Assembly (NCBI GenBank): GCA_907165135.1
Contig: OU015566.1
Coordinates: 2,852,001 to 2,916,000, forward strand
Reading direction: 5' to 3'
DNA from: Oikopleura dioica
Lineage: Eukaryota; Animalia; Chordata
Length of the DNA: 64,000 bases
Position 1 is the stretch's first letter. Each line of letters begins with the position of its first letter. Under the pieces are notes generated by a model. That model made no database searches. It was not told the origin of the DNA and was given only the letters and a program-made list of their open reading frames with translations. This document shows positions 1-12,111 of this stretch, piece after piece. The translations under genes were made by a program, and so were the position numbers.

Positions 1-591
1 AGCGAAAGTGGCTCAACGACGGCGCTTCATTTTGCATCGAGCCAAAATACGATCAGAAAACCGACGATTTCCTCGACAATGCAAAACAATAACCGACAAA
101 AGCGCATGTCTGAGTTCAACTCAAATCTTAATCTGATGGTTTTTCTTATGGTCGTTGCTGTCGTCGTCTGCTGGCTACCATTTCACGTCTTAAATCTATC
201 CTGGGCATATGGCCTCCGAGTCAGGTTAAATCATTTTCAAATCGCCTTTCGGTCTGCTAATTATTTTCTTAGAACGGGATTGTGCGAGTTTCTTCAGAGC
301 GCTGCTCGATTTTTGACTTGGTTTCATCCTCTTGTGAATTGCTTACTGTATTCTTTCATGGGAAAGAAATTTAGGAAGGAACTGAGGCACACGATTTATC
401 GAGTCAGAACCATGAGAAAAAGAGGAATAGAGAATGACTCTCAATTTCTAAGGTAAAGAATTTTCATGCAGCTGAGGAAAAATCTTCGTGAAATCGATTT
501 AGAGCAGAATTTTCTTAGAAAAAATGTCTTTTATAGCCTGAAATCATCATTCAACTCTAGAAGACCTTCTGCTTCAAGACTTGTTCTGTAA
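1..591 (+). CDS. Class A (rhodopsin-like) GPCR, 3' part (TM6-TM7 and tail); 5' end outside window
   Basis: TM6 CWLPFH motif, TM7 HPLVNCLLYSFMGKKFR (NPxxY variant plus helix 8); short introns near 225-272 and 452-536; spliced stop near 591. Confidence 0.8.
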
Positions 592-678
592 AAAGTTTCA
601 AAGAAAAAATAGTTTATCCGAATGTACATGGTTCTTTTCATGGTTTTGTTGCTTTTTATTTGCCTAGAGATGATTAAT

Positions 679-1372
679 TCAATTTTTGCTGAGCAGAAGC
701 TTTTCAAGTTCGGGCAGGCTAATGAAAAATTCGATGATGGAGATTTTCCCGTCTTTGTTGTAGTCGGCGTTTTTGTAGAAAAAGTCGACTTTCTAGAAAA
801 AAAATTGAAAAACGAAAAGATTTTAATGGTGACAAACCTTCATGATATCGTCTTTGGTGAGTCCATATCGATCAGCTCGAGCTTCCAGGAGCTCAACGGT
901 TTCAATTACTTCGATTTGTTTGTCTGAAAAAGTCTAGTGATTTTTAACTTCTTTCTCGTTTACCTCCATCTTTGTCGATCTTGTTGAAAAAAGCATACAA
1001 ATCGGCCCAAAACTTGACGAATTCTTCTTCATTCAGCTCACCTGGACGAGTTTTGTCGTATTTGAGTTTTGAGATGTAGGTTTTCTTGAATTTTTCCTTG
1101 ATAAAAATTGCAAAAAAATACTCACAAGAGCGGCTGAAAATTCAGCTTCTCGATCACCAGGAGAAACTTCTCCCTTGGCAATCATAGCCTTCGTAATTTC
1201 GTCGACTGTCGCGTAGCCACTTCCGTCTTGGTCGATTGTCTAAATGGGAAGTGGATGAGTTTTCTTGTTCGTAATTTTCGGACCTGGAAAGCGGATTTGA
1301 GCCCAGCGCCGTATTTTTCCCGTGCTGCTTCTCGGCTCTTTTTTCCTTCTTCTTTTGCTTGTTTGATTTCCT
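679..1372 (-). CDS. Multi-EF-hand (calmodulin-like) calcium-binding protein; 5' end unresolved
   Basis: Spliced exons give TIDQDGSGYATVDE, YDKTRPGELNEEEF, KIDKDGDKQIEVIE and ADYNKDGKISIIEF loops; GT-AG micro-introns; TGA at 679-681. Confidence 0.8.
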
Positions 1373-1924
1373 GAAATGGAAATTGAAAAATATATTCTTC
1401 AGAATTCAAAAGCTTCCTCCCCAGCACTTCCGGGAATAAGGAAAAAAATCCGTATTTTCGTGAAACCTCAAATTTCTCGGTCTCGCTAGAGCGCCACCGT
1501 GTTGCATAACAACCGCAGACTCCTGCATTTTAACACGGCAGACCTTCTCCCTAAAATTAATTGGAAAAATAAACAATGATTTTTTCTCTTTTGCTTTCGG
1601 TTAAGGATGTACAGGCAATTTCCTTTGAAGCACTGGCTTTTGGGGCTTCGTCTTCCAGCTGGATAGAGAAAATGTCGCCGGAACAGTGGGCGCTTTTTAC
1701 ATACAGACAGGAAAAGGGATTCAAGACACTGATGTAATTTCTTATTTTAGCCCTGTAGAAATATGGGTGTCACTAAGAAATCTTTATTTCTGAATGAGGC
1801 TTATATTGTAATTTATCGTTTTCTCATAAAAAAATTGACAAATCGGATTATTGTCATCAAAAAATCTAGGTTTATTAGGGCCGGCCTCGAATCGGAGCAG
1901 AAAATTGTTGAATACATCTTACTA

Positions 1925-2560
1925 TTCATCGTAAAAATGCCAAAATGGTACCCCCAAAATCAAGTTCCCAGCGCTAACCTCGTTAACTTCTTCGTTTTCT
2001 TGAACTTCTTTTTCTTCTTCAGGGGCTTCTGGAGCTTTTTTTTCACATGTTTCTACTTCTACTTCTTTTTCTGGAATTGGTTCTTCCGGAGCTTTTTCTG
2101 GTGCCTCTTCCTCAGGAGCTGGTACTTCTTTGGGTTTTTCTGGACTTTTTTCTTGAGCGGGATTGAGTTGACATTTTGTTGGTTCTTCCTGGTTGGGTTC
2201 TTCTAGAATTGGTTCAGCCGCTGGTTCAGGTGCTTGTTCCGGTGCTGGTTCAAGTGCTGGTTCGGGCTTTGGGTCCTCCTTAGTTGGTTCGTGCTCTTGT
2301 TTTTGTTCGGGCTGTGGTTCGGGCTTTGGTTTGAGTTCTTCCGGAACCACGACTTGACCATCGACAGTTTCGATCCGATATGCTTTTCCGCCTAGATCTT
2401 CGATCAAATCGGCGAGCATGTTGTTAAGTTTAAGAGCGCCTTCCATCTCACTATCTAAAATAAAAGACTTCAAATAAGGACATAATAAATATCAAAAAGG
2501 CAGCAATAAACAGCAGCTTCTTTTTTTTTCTCTTGGCAATGAGACGATTTTCACGATATG
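1925..2560 (-). CDS. Probable type II membrane protein with short conserved motif and Glu/Pro-rich stalk
   Basis: Upstream KRKKKK-LLFIAAFLIFIM signal-anchor segment; ORF 1922-2473 with LGGKAYRIETVDGQVVVPEELK followed by EP-rich low complexity; 3' end uncertain. Confidence 0.55.
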
Positions 2561-3002
2561 TTCTTACGCGTCTTTGTTTCATTTGTGCGGGAAGCGATGA
2601 AAAAGCTCGTAAATTTACCGGATGTCGTGCGATTTATCCGCTTTTTATGATGAGAGCAAAACTATTCGAAAAACAATATGCAAGCAAATTTGTTTTTGAC
2701 TTTATCGCACTTTTTTATTATGCCAGATGATCAGTTTTTTTTATGATTTGTAATCAGGGTGGAAACATGGCGGATTCCCGAAAGATTAGGGCGTTATAAA
2801 CCGTTATTTCACTTTTCTCCAAATAAACTCTTAGAAATATTCACTTTACTTGAAAGACCCGCGCGTTGGTACATTGAATTAAATTGTTAATATTCATAAT
2901 CAAGATTTTTTTTTTACAAATTTATTTGAATTTCGGAGGAGTTCAGGAAGGAAAGTGATTGTCAAGCAGAAAGATGTTCATATTCATTTCTCGAGAGAGC
3001 GA

Positions 3003-3330
3003 TCATTGGGTTTGTTGAGTAACGTTTTCGTCTTGGGGATCCTTGTTTTGGGAGTCGTCGATGTTGGAGGCGTCAGTGGCATCGTCGTTGGCATCGTTGT
3101 TGGCATCGTTGGAATCATCCGACTTCTTCAACTCATCAGGAACAACAACTCGGCCATCCTCACCGACAACAATCGAGTAGGGTGTTCCTCCGAGAGAAGT
3201 TACAAGCTTGGAGATTTCCTCGTTCAAGTCGATAACAGCTTGCAACTCAGGAGCAGTTTGGGCGACCATCTCGATTCTCTGTTTTTTGGGAGGGACTCTT
3301 TTTTTAGTCTGCTGCTCTGCCGGCAGGAGA
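3003..3330 (-). CDS. Short paralog of the 1925-2560 gene with Asp/Asn-rich tail
   Basis: ORF 3003-3269 shares LN..I..L...LGG..Y.I....DG.VVVP.ELK motif; start uncertain. Confidence 0.55.
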
Positions 3331-3477
3331 ACTTGACGCCTCCGATCGTAAAATTATTTATGATATTCGCAAGTCGCGGCACTCCTCTGATTCGACGATG
3401 AGACGTCATTAATTGTGGCTTTTTAATTGCAAGTTTTTCCGAAAACGTAGCATTTCCAAAAAAATCCCTGAATAAAG

Positions 3478-5772
3478 AACCCCTGTGGGCCACTAGAAGA
3501 GCCTCGAAACGGCAAACTTTCCTGCAAACTTCGCCATGGAACTGCATTTTGCCGAGTCACGTGTTCCGATGGCTTCGACTTTGCGGACGACAAGAGCAGA
3601 TTCCAATGGTGTAAAAATAAACAGTGGATGCCGAAAACAAGCGCTTCTTGTGTTCCGAGCGGTGTTTTCATGCCAGAATCGGCCAGATCGAGAAATGTTC
3701 TTGGCTCGGCGTTTTTGGCGGAGTTGAGGGATTTATTTGGGGATGAGGTTGATTTTTCAGAAGAATTAGGAATGGATAAAAGATGGTAAAATGTCAGGTT
3801 CAAAAAAATCAAAAACCATAAGTTTGTTAAAAATTTCATAAATCTATATTTTCTACTTTTAAATCAGTTCGGAAACATAGAACAAGTTGTGTTAAGACGT
3901 AAATATCCAAACTCCAGAATGTCCGGCTCTAGAAAAACCCAAAAATGGCGTCAACTGGTGCGACGATGATAATAAATCCGGCTCTGTCTGCTCGACAATC
4001 TGTCAGGAAGGCTTTCATCTTGCCAATTCTGAAACTGGAAAGCGAAAATGCAACTGCACAAATGGCGAGTGCCGTTGGTCCGATTCTAGAGCCATTCGAT
4101 GCCGAAAAAATCCAAGTTGTCCTTCTCTCTCTGCGCCGGAAAATGGCAGCATTTATTGCCCGATTGATGATGTCTGCTTAGTTTCTTGCAATGAAGGGTT
4201 CGAAACTGAAAACGGCTTGGTAGAAGAAACGATCAAATGCGATTGCGACGTCTCTTCTGAGGAAGCAATGTGCAACTGGAATCAAAAAATGCCCATTTGC
4301 AAGGCGAAAAAAGGCTGCGAGAACGAATGCGGAAAGAACTCATCCTGCCGACTAGGGCCGAACGGATGGGGCTGTACCTGCAATTGCGGCTTTTTCCTCC
4401 GTCAGGGAAGGTGTATTCAAATAACTCCGAGTTGGAATAAAAATCGTTGCAGGAAAGGGTTTTCGATCGAGTTTTTCCAAATCTCAAAATTGTCGACCGA
4501 TTTTTTTCGACCGATTACGAACCCTGATGTAGAGATGGTTGGATAATGAAAAGTCGAGAATGTCAACTTGAAGACTTGTCGAACATCGGCCCTTGTTCAT
4601 ACGAAAAAATCGCCAGGCGAGTTCTGGAAGGGCAACAAGAGACGAACGAGAGCTTTCTGGACTGCAGCAGAAAAGACTTGTCAAATTTGAACGAGATCAT
4701 CATTCCAGGAAAGACGAATACGTTCATTGCTTGGAATTCAGGGCTCAACTCGACAGATGACTTGATGAAGAAATTTGAAAATCTTATCGACTTGGAAGGT
4801 AAAAATTAGTAAGAGAAACTTTTATAAAAATTTCTTTTAGTGACGAATATCGGCCAAAACGATTTTGAAGAGCTACCTGGAGATCTTTTCGCGTCTAACT
4901 GTCAATTAACCGGGGTTGGAATCGGTCCAGCGAAGAAACCACCGCGAATTTCACCTTTTCTCTTTCACAATAACAATCTTCTCAAGAAGGTCGATCTTGG
5001 TGGTCTCAAGGAATCGGGTTTATTTCTTATAGAAAAATATTTTTTGAAAAACGAAAACTAACCAAAAAAATTTCTAGAAATTCTTCCGACAATTTTGATT
5101 GGTCAAATTATTGAATTTAATCTTAAACTCATCAAAAGACGACGATCCCTCTTCTTACCTTGTCTCATCTCTCCAACCTCGAATGGCTGAGCCTCCGAGA
5201 AAACAACATTCCCGTCCTCACTCAAGCCGTTGCTTTTGGAAAGCGAAAGCTGCAATACCTCGATATTTCTAGCTCCAGAATCCGAGCTATCCTTGATGGG
5301 GCTTTTCAGGACTTGGAAGCGCTGGAATTTCTGGATTTTTCCAACAATCAGATCAACTTTCTGACGGCTGGGCAAATGAGAGGAATGAAAAAGTTGAGGT
5401 TTGGAGATTTTTCGGGAAATGAGATTCTTGAGCTTGGAGGCGATTTATTCATCGATTCGGTAAGTTGATTAAAAGCCGAATGAAAGATAAGCCTTTTTCT
5501 TAGCCCCTAATTGAAGATATAAATCTATCATCGAATCATCATCTTTCAAAAATCTGCCGGTCGACCTTTGTCAGACTTGAATACCTCCAAACTGTCGATC
5601 TGCGAGATTGTTCATCCCTACCGAGTGTTTTGCAGAAAAAATTTTGTCGAGAAGGTAATCTGCAGAGAAATTTGTTGGCTCTTCTGACAAATTAATTGTA
5701 GTTCGTCCTGAATGTGCCGGATCATTATTGTCCATGCAAAGAGCTTTACTGGACTTTGGCGAAGAATGCTGA
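3478..5772 (+). CDS. Extracellular protein: 3 Sushi/CCP domains, EGF-like domain, leucine-rich repeats
   Basis: CCP: CGPLEEPRNGKLSC..C..GF, CPALEKPKNG..C, CPSLSAPENGSIYC; EGF CENECGKNSSC..WGCTCNCGF; LRRs LEWLSLRENNI, LQYLDISSSRI, LEFLDFSNNQI; stop 5770-5772; start exon not resolved. Confidence 0.8.
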
Positions 5773-5930
5773 AGAATTTTTCACTGTATCATAAAAAGCT
5801 GTAAATAGAAATCCTATTTGTACACATTAAGAAAAAAGGGGCTTCGAAAAATCTGATGGGAAAAGTTTGATGTCATTGTTTTCATTTTCTGATGTATAAA
5901 AATTCAGCTCTGCTTCGTGCGAGTTTATTT

Positions 5931-6700
5931 TTAAGGCTATAACGTCCCTTTTGGCCTCTCTGGAAAACGGACTTCCCTTGGTCAATTTCAAAAATTAAAA
6001 AGACTCATATACTTGAAATCTATCGTAGATTTCAGAAATGCGATCAAAAATCAATTTTTCTTTTGAAATTTTGACTTTACAATCATTTAAAAAACGCCGA
6101 TCGGTTTTCCGAAGAATTTTACCATTACAGAGGTAGATTTTTTCGATCAATTGATAGATTAAAGCCTTCTCTACAATCCCCATGGAAAAAATCTTCGATA
6201 TCTCTTCAAATTTTCATTCTAGGGCCATGTTAATGCTGGCACCTGAGGATAAAAATGCGCGTGGACGCGCTGCGCGGAGTGCTATCCTCCAGGCCAAAAA
6301 GAGAGCGCTGTTGGCGAGCGTGTGAGTCAAGCGATTCATCGCGCTCTGATTGGCTGCGCAGATCTCAAGCGTCAGTCTATAAACAAAAGAGTTTTAAAAG
6401 AAGAGAGAACTATAATCATTATTTGGACAATTTCTTGAAATTTTTTCCGTGAGGATTATAGAATTTGCTCTGTTTAATATTATTATCGGATAAATTCTAC
6501 CTCAGAACTTCCAGTTTTCTCGGAAAACCGAATGGCGATTTTTGAATGATTCTAGAGCAAAAATTACCAGAGAAAAGTATTTCTTGATGGAATTTTTAAA
6601 TTTTTTAGGAGAAAACAAGTATGTTTGCCCTTTAAATTTTTGAAATCGACCAAGGGAAGTCCGTTTTCCAGAGAGGCCAAAAGAGACGTTATAGCCTTAA
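5931..6700. repeat. Inverted duplication (arms about 5931-6205 and 6425-6700)
   Basis: 5931-6000 matches the reverse complement of 6631-6700 at 67 of 70 nt; weaker similarity continues inward. Confidence 0.85.
6255..6390 (+). promoter_or_regulatory. Promoter-like cassette (inverted CCAAT box plus TATA box, CpG-rich)
   Basis: CTGATTGG near 6348-6355 and CTATAAA near 6377-6383 in a CG-rich island within AT-rich DNA. Confidence 0.45.
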
Positions 6701-6779
6701 TGGAAAGATATTTTTTGACGTTCTTTCTAAGGAAGAGTATAGTTGAACGAGAGAATCGAAATAAACTTTATAAATTAGC

Positions 6780-6972
6780 AAAAATAAAGCCCTTTTATTA
6801 TCGCTAATGATGATTTGGGAAATTGAAATCCGGAGAATACGCATTTTTGCTGTGCAAACAATGTTATATCCGTGCTACTTCTCTTGAAATAAACCGTTGT
6901 GAATAATAACACGACCGCTATCCATAAAACATTTTTATTTTTAGTTAGAAACCAATGGCGAATTTTATCCAT
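6780..6972 (-). CDS. Putative type II membrane protein, N-terminal exon
   Basis: MDKIRHWFLTKNKN-VLWIAVVLLFTTVYF signal-anchor pattern; downstream exons may include the 6425-6700 duplicated arm. Confidence 0.35.
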
Positions 6973-7457
6973 TTCGCATTTTGAGCTCGTTTTAATATAT
7001 TTTTTACATTTAAACTTCATTTTTATATATTTTTTTTTTAATTTCTAACGTAAAATGATTGAAGGAATTTTTAATTGCGAAACAAGACTTTAACCTTTTT
7101 TCAGTAAAATTTGAAAGTGTTAAATGTTATAATCGCTTTTTTAACAAATTTTGTTCATAAAACATGCAGCTGGGCCTAATTCCTAACAAGTTTCAAACGT
7201 GCGAAAAGAAACGTTTCTTTTCAAAAATTTAAAGTAATAACACCCCGCGAGTGCTGGAAACGGTTGTTATTTGTTCTCGATACATGGTTTTTCCAGCGCT
7301 TGTTGAGGCTCATCGAAACATTGTTTATGGCCAATACGATGTCCAGAGCGCCATCAAGGGTTCAATCAGCCGAGGCTTTTTAGAGGAAGACTTTTTGTCA
7401 ATTGAACTTATCTGTTCATTTTAGAGATACACTGAAGTGAGAAAAAAGAGTGAAGAT

Positions 7458-8506
7458 ATGAAGGTAAGAATTTATATTTTTTGGAAAAAGAGCCGCCAAA
7501 AGAGACGTTTTTACGATGTATTTTTTTCTACAACATAAAATTCTAGCTCCAGCTGGCACTTTTTGGCCTCTCCGCCAGTCGATCAACCGATCTCTGGAGC
7601 CCTGAAGAAGATCGTCTCTGGACTCCTGATGTCACCGAAATCATCGGCATCGATCTCACCGAAGGAGCCCCATCTCAATCCTGGACAGTTCCAGTCGACG
7701 ACATCGGCCGATACGCCCACGACCAGTACATCCGAGTCAATGTCAACGCTCCGGAATTGTGGAAGATCACCGCTTCTTTCGAGAATTTTCATCTTGAAGG
7801 AAAGGATTGGAGTGGCGAGTGTACAAACGATGCGGCGATTATCTACGATGGACCAGATGGAAACGAGAAGATTACAGAGTACTGTGGGAGTGGATCCAAA
7901 GCGCCAGTTACAGGTTTGTTTCCGGAGAAAAAGCGTTTGGGAACATCTTTTAGGAACGAACAACGTGATGACTCTCGTGCTCAAAACAAACGAGCCAACC
8001 ATCTCGTTCACTGGCTTCACCGTCACTTTCACTGCTGAGCCCATGCCTGATATCGAAGCAGCGTGGTTCCAGATTGTCGATGAAATGGGAAAACTTCAGA
8101 GTATGATTTTCGACGCTCACGCCCACAAAAAAGATCATATTCAGATGAAAAAGGCAAGATTTTTTTTCTGATTTCTCTTTTTAAAGAAATTCTTCAGGCT
8201 CGTCACATCCAGCTAATCTTCCAACGATACGCCTGGTTCCGCGATGAAAGCCTCGAGCTTTGCGAAACATACGCTGGCTCTGGCGATCCAAATGCCTTTG
8301 TCGCTCCCTACGTCGACACGAATGACAAGTGCGGATCCGTCGCCTCCTTTGTTCATGCTCTTAGGACCTTCCACGATGCCTTCGTCTGCCGAGACAACAC
8401 TCCTTTCTCGATGGCAGATAAAAGACCAATTAGGGTACAAAACAGGTTAGATCGACAGGAGAACTTCTTCCGAAAGCGAAAATTTGTCAACATGGGATGT
8501 AACTAA
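7458..8506 (+). CDS. Secreted CUB-domain protein with Cys-containing C-terminal domain (oikosin-like candidate)
   Basis: ATG AAG then GT-AG intron 7464-7546; signal peptide; CUB motifs IIYDGPDG, YCG, TNNVMTLVL; stop 8504-8506; paralog at 58836-59920. Confidence 0.85.
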
Positions 8507-8734
8507 TATGAAGACCTCGATTCTTCTCTCTTTTCTCTGAGCAATACTGTATCTCTGTACATATAAAAAACTATCAATAACTTTTTGACACAGGAAAGTG
8601 TGCTTATATCATCGTCTTCCTGTGGAAATATTTTCTAATAAAATTAAAATCAAAAAAAATTTCGTTTTTTTTTCTAGGAAAATTTATTTAAAAAAAGCTT
8701 TACAGAAGATAAGAAGACAATCTTTTCATATCGG

Positions 8735-9954
8735 TCAAATTAAAGTCCAGGGAAATATGTGCCAACACACATTCCAATTTCTTTTACTTCTTCATCGCAG
8801 CATTCATGAGAATCAGGACTAAAAGCGTCGTAATTAATCAGATTTTATTCAAAAAAAGAACCTGAAAACGCTCCCAGCACAGCACTTTTTCTCAACTCCT
8901 TCTCCGTTATCCGCGACATAGGGGAATCGTCTAAGCAGAACAATAAGCTATCACATTTTTCTGAAGAAACATTTTACCTTGGGTATTCTCCGCAACATTC
9001 ATGTTTAGCCGGATTGAGTTGAGCCATGAGTCGCGCACTCTTCAGCTGGACTTTCGGAGGCGTCCATTTCTCACAACTCTGATCTCCCTTGAAAGCTCCC
9101 CATTCGACATGATTCGCCAGCGACCAGATTCCCTGGGTATCGGCAAGATCGTAAGCGAGGGCCTTATCGCATTCGCACAAATTCTAGAGCCATTTTTTTA
9201 TCGGAAAAATACCTCTTTTTTCATACCTTTTCGCAGGAGCCCTCCTTATCTTCGCATTGAATGTATTTGACTCCAGTTAGCGAATCCATTCTTGCTTCGA
9301 ATTTGTATCCCTTCGTCGCTTTGCATTGATGTCTGAAATAGAGATTCTTGAGTTTCTAGTACTAATCTGTTGATGGTAAAATAGCTCGTTAGCGAGCCTA
9401 GCGATGTTCTTATTTTCGAAGTATAACGGTAAATATAACCAGCTCTTTTTTTCTGGACTCGATAAATTTAATTAACGACAGTTATTTTGACGAAAATAGA
9501 GAGGTTTTTCCTAGTGAAAGTTCACTCGTGATTTTTAACGGATGACTTACCCATAATCGAGCTTGATACAATGATGGCATTTCTGATGATCCTGGCAAAC
9601 TTGATCTGATCTATCTCGCGGTTTTCCAAAAGTAGGATTTTTCAAATAATCCTTTCCGTTGTCTTTGAAGCAGTGGCAGCCGTAATTGAAGTACTTTCCG
9701 AAGCGGGGAACGTCTTGAAGGTACATGATGAAGTTTTTGACCATTTTGATTTTCATCACTTCTTCCAGCTCATTTTCAGTCGTCGAGGGAGTCGTAGTGG
9801 CGTTTCGGTATCTTTCTTCAAAAGCGTGGAAAAGATCGTCGTCCGAATTTTCTGCTAGAATTCTCTCAACTGGAAAATTTTCGAAACTCCCTTCGAATTG
9901 TTTTGGTACAAGCTCGAAGGCCCGTGCGCCCAAAATTAAGCACAGAACTTTCAT
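8735..9954 (-). CDS. Secreted phospholipase A2-fold protein, probably inactive, with CC-repeat (galaxin-like) tail
   Basis: Signal peptide; YGCHC, GKPRDRSDQVCQDHQKCHHC and NLCECDKALA motifs; tail ECCGEYP..PY..KCCAGSVF..ECCDEE; 5 exons. Confidence 0.85.
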
Positions 9955-10336
9955 TTTACGAAATTATTACAAAAAAAATATAAAAAGAAAAAGGCAATTG
10001 TTCGTTTTTCAGAACAATTTTCCCGAATAAAGGGCTGAGATTGAGCTCCTGAAAAGCAGCGAAATTGATTCGGAGCATTGAGAGGAAAATATAAACCGAT
10101 GTTTATTTTGCTCTTGCAAGTTTGCGGGCCAAGAAATTTTGTTAGAATTAACAAAACGACGAACTCGAAAATTCCTGAGTAATTGCATGACGGTTAATTC
10201 TGTCAACGAAACAAAATCTTAATGTATTTAAACACACTTCTTAGTCACAAAACCAACATGGCACAGTTTTAATTTCTTAAAGAATTTTAATCCTATTCAC
10301 CAAATCGTCCGGTCCTCTTTGAATAAAATAAGCTTT

Positions 10337-11720
10337 TCAAAGGGTGCAGAAACCCTCAGGAACAAGAATTGCATGAGGATCATCCCAATTGTAAAGGGCT
10401 GGATGACGAAGTGTTCTTGCAGTTATATGAGTAAAGTCCTCGTTGAAAGTGAATTTGGTGAATTTATGAGCCTTTGCTTCGTTACCACCGACCAACATTA
10501 TCTGATGTATGGATAAAAGAGAAGAAAAATTATCTTATTTTACCTCGTTATTCGGAAAAAGTACCGCTCTTGCCCAAGGTCTCTCGGTCCATCGTGTTAA
10601 ACCGATTGTCGTCCACTCATTATTGTAAAGCCGCCAAATTTTTACATTTGATCTTTATACATTATTTTATTCATTTTTGCTAACTTCTCATTACCCTGAT
10701 GATCCCGGAAACACAACAATACCGAATTCTCCCCAAACAGAAGTGTAGTCTGTTATGAATTTGTCTGGAAAAATAAGCTCATCGTCTGCGATCCAGCTGT
10801 TATGATCACTAACGCAAGAATCAAATAAAATAATCAATGACGTCGTACTTAAAGATCTCGACTTTGTCGATGTTCAATCTATTCGTCGAGTCCCAGCCGC
10901 TTATGAGAATGGGTCTACCATTATATATAGGAATTTGGCCACCTGTGCTCCCATGAGGAAAGGTTGGACCATTGATAGACTCATCCAGAATTTGTGTTCC
11001 ATCGTATCGTATAAATGATTGTTTGTTTATTTTTCTTACTTAGTTATTTTTACCCTTTAACGGTAAAATCGCCGTCATATATCATAATGTTAGCCTCGAG
11101 ATCATCCCCTTCAGGAAAATATCCGACCGCTCCTAGCGCGCAATTATGGTGAAACTCTGCACCACTCGATTTAACGATATCACATTCGTCAAGAATGTGT
11201 GGTCCATACTCTTTCTTTCCATTTTCAAGAGCGAACCAACCACCAAAGAGATAGTTTCTTCCCTTGAATACCACTGAACATCCCTCCTCGGCAAAAAATT
11301 CCCGATTATAGGGTCCATTATTAAACCATGATATCTAGTTATAGTGAATATAAATTATTTTGTTTTAATTTCTTTACCTTCAGATCCTCTGTGTAAGTGT
11401 CAAAGCTAGCGAGAATCGGCACATCCGGAATCCTGACATAATCAGGATCTCTTCTAAGCAGTAGGACTGCTCCAAGCTTCTGAGGTGGTTGAGGATTGCA
11501 AATATCAGCTGGGCAATTCAAACACCCTTCAGGACACTCAATGTGGCAGGGGCACCCATCGATGCAGTGAAATCCGTCACGAATGCACAAACTCCCACAA
11601 ACATCATCATCGGGCTCGCAAAATTTTAAGCATTCGAGAGTCTCATCAACACAATCGGTCGCACAAAGCTCTCCAAGATCAAGGTCGATGCAACTCTCAT
11701 TAACTCTCAGAAAGGGGTAA
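10337..11720 (-). CDS. Cys-rich N-terminal domain plus Kelch-like beta-propeller (lineage-expanded family)
   Basis: CIDGCPCHIECPEGCLNCPADIC domain; blades NYLFGGW, PILISGWD, IWRLYNNEWTTIG, IMLVGGN; start not resolved. Confidence 0.7.
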
Positions 11721-12111
11721 GAAAAGAGTTCATTGTTCGAAAAATTTTCTGTTAGAGCAAAACTCATTTTATAAAAAGTCATTTTTTCTCTTTCCAAAGT
11801 ATCTCTTGACAGAAGGAAAGCTCTCACAATGAATATCTGACAGTTTTTCCTACAGCAGGAAATCATATTCTTTTGAAATCGTTCTAATGAAATCAAGGAA
11901 GAATAATTTTATTAACAGTTAGTCATTGGCTAAGAAGATCTTTGAGAAGAATTCGAGGCGGTTTCTTGTGCCGGGCGCAATTGAAAATCGAGTCAGGATT
12001 GTTTGTGTGTTTTCGGATTTTGTACAAAAAGTAGATCATGAACTTGATAAAGATGAAGAATCCTCCACCAAAAGACAAGGCAAATAGCTAAACATAAATA
12101 TTTTCCGTTCA

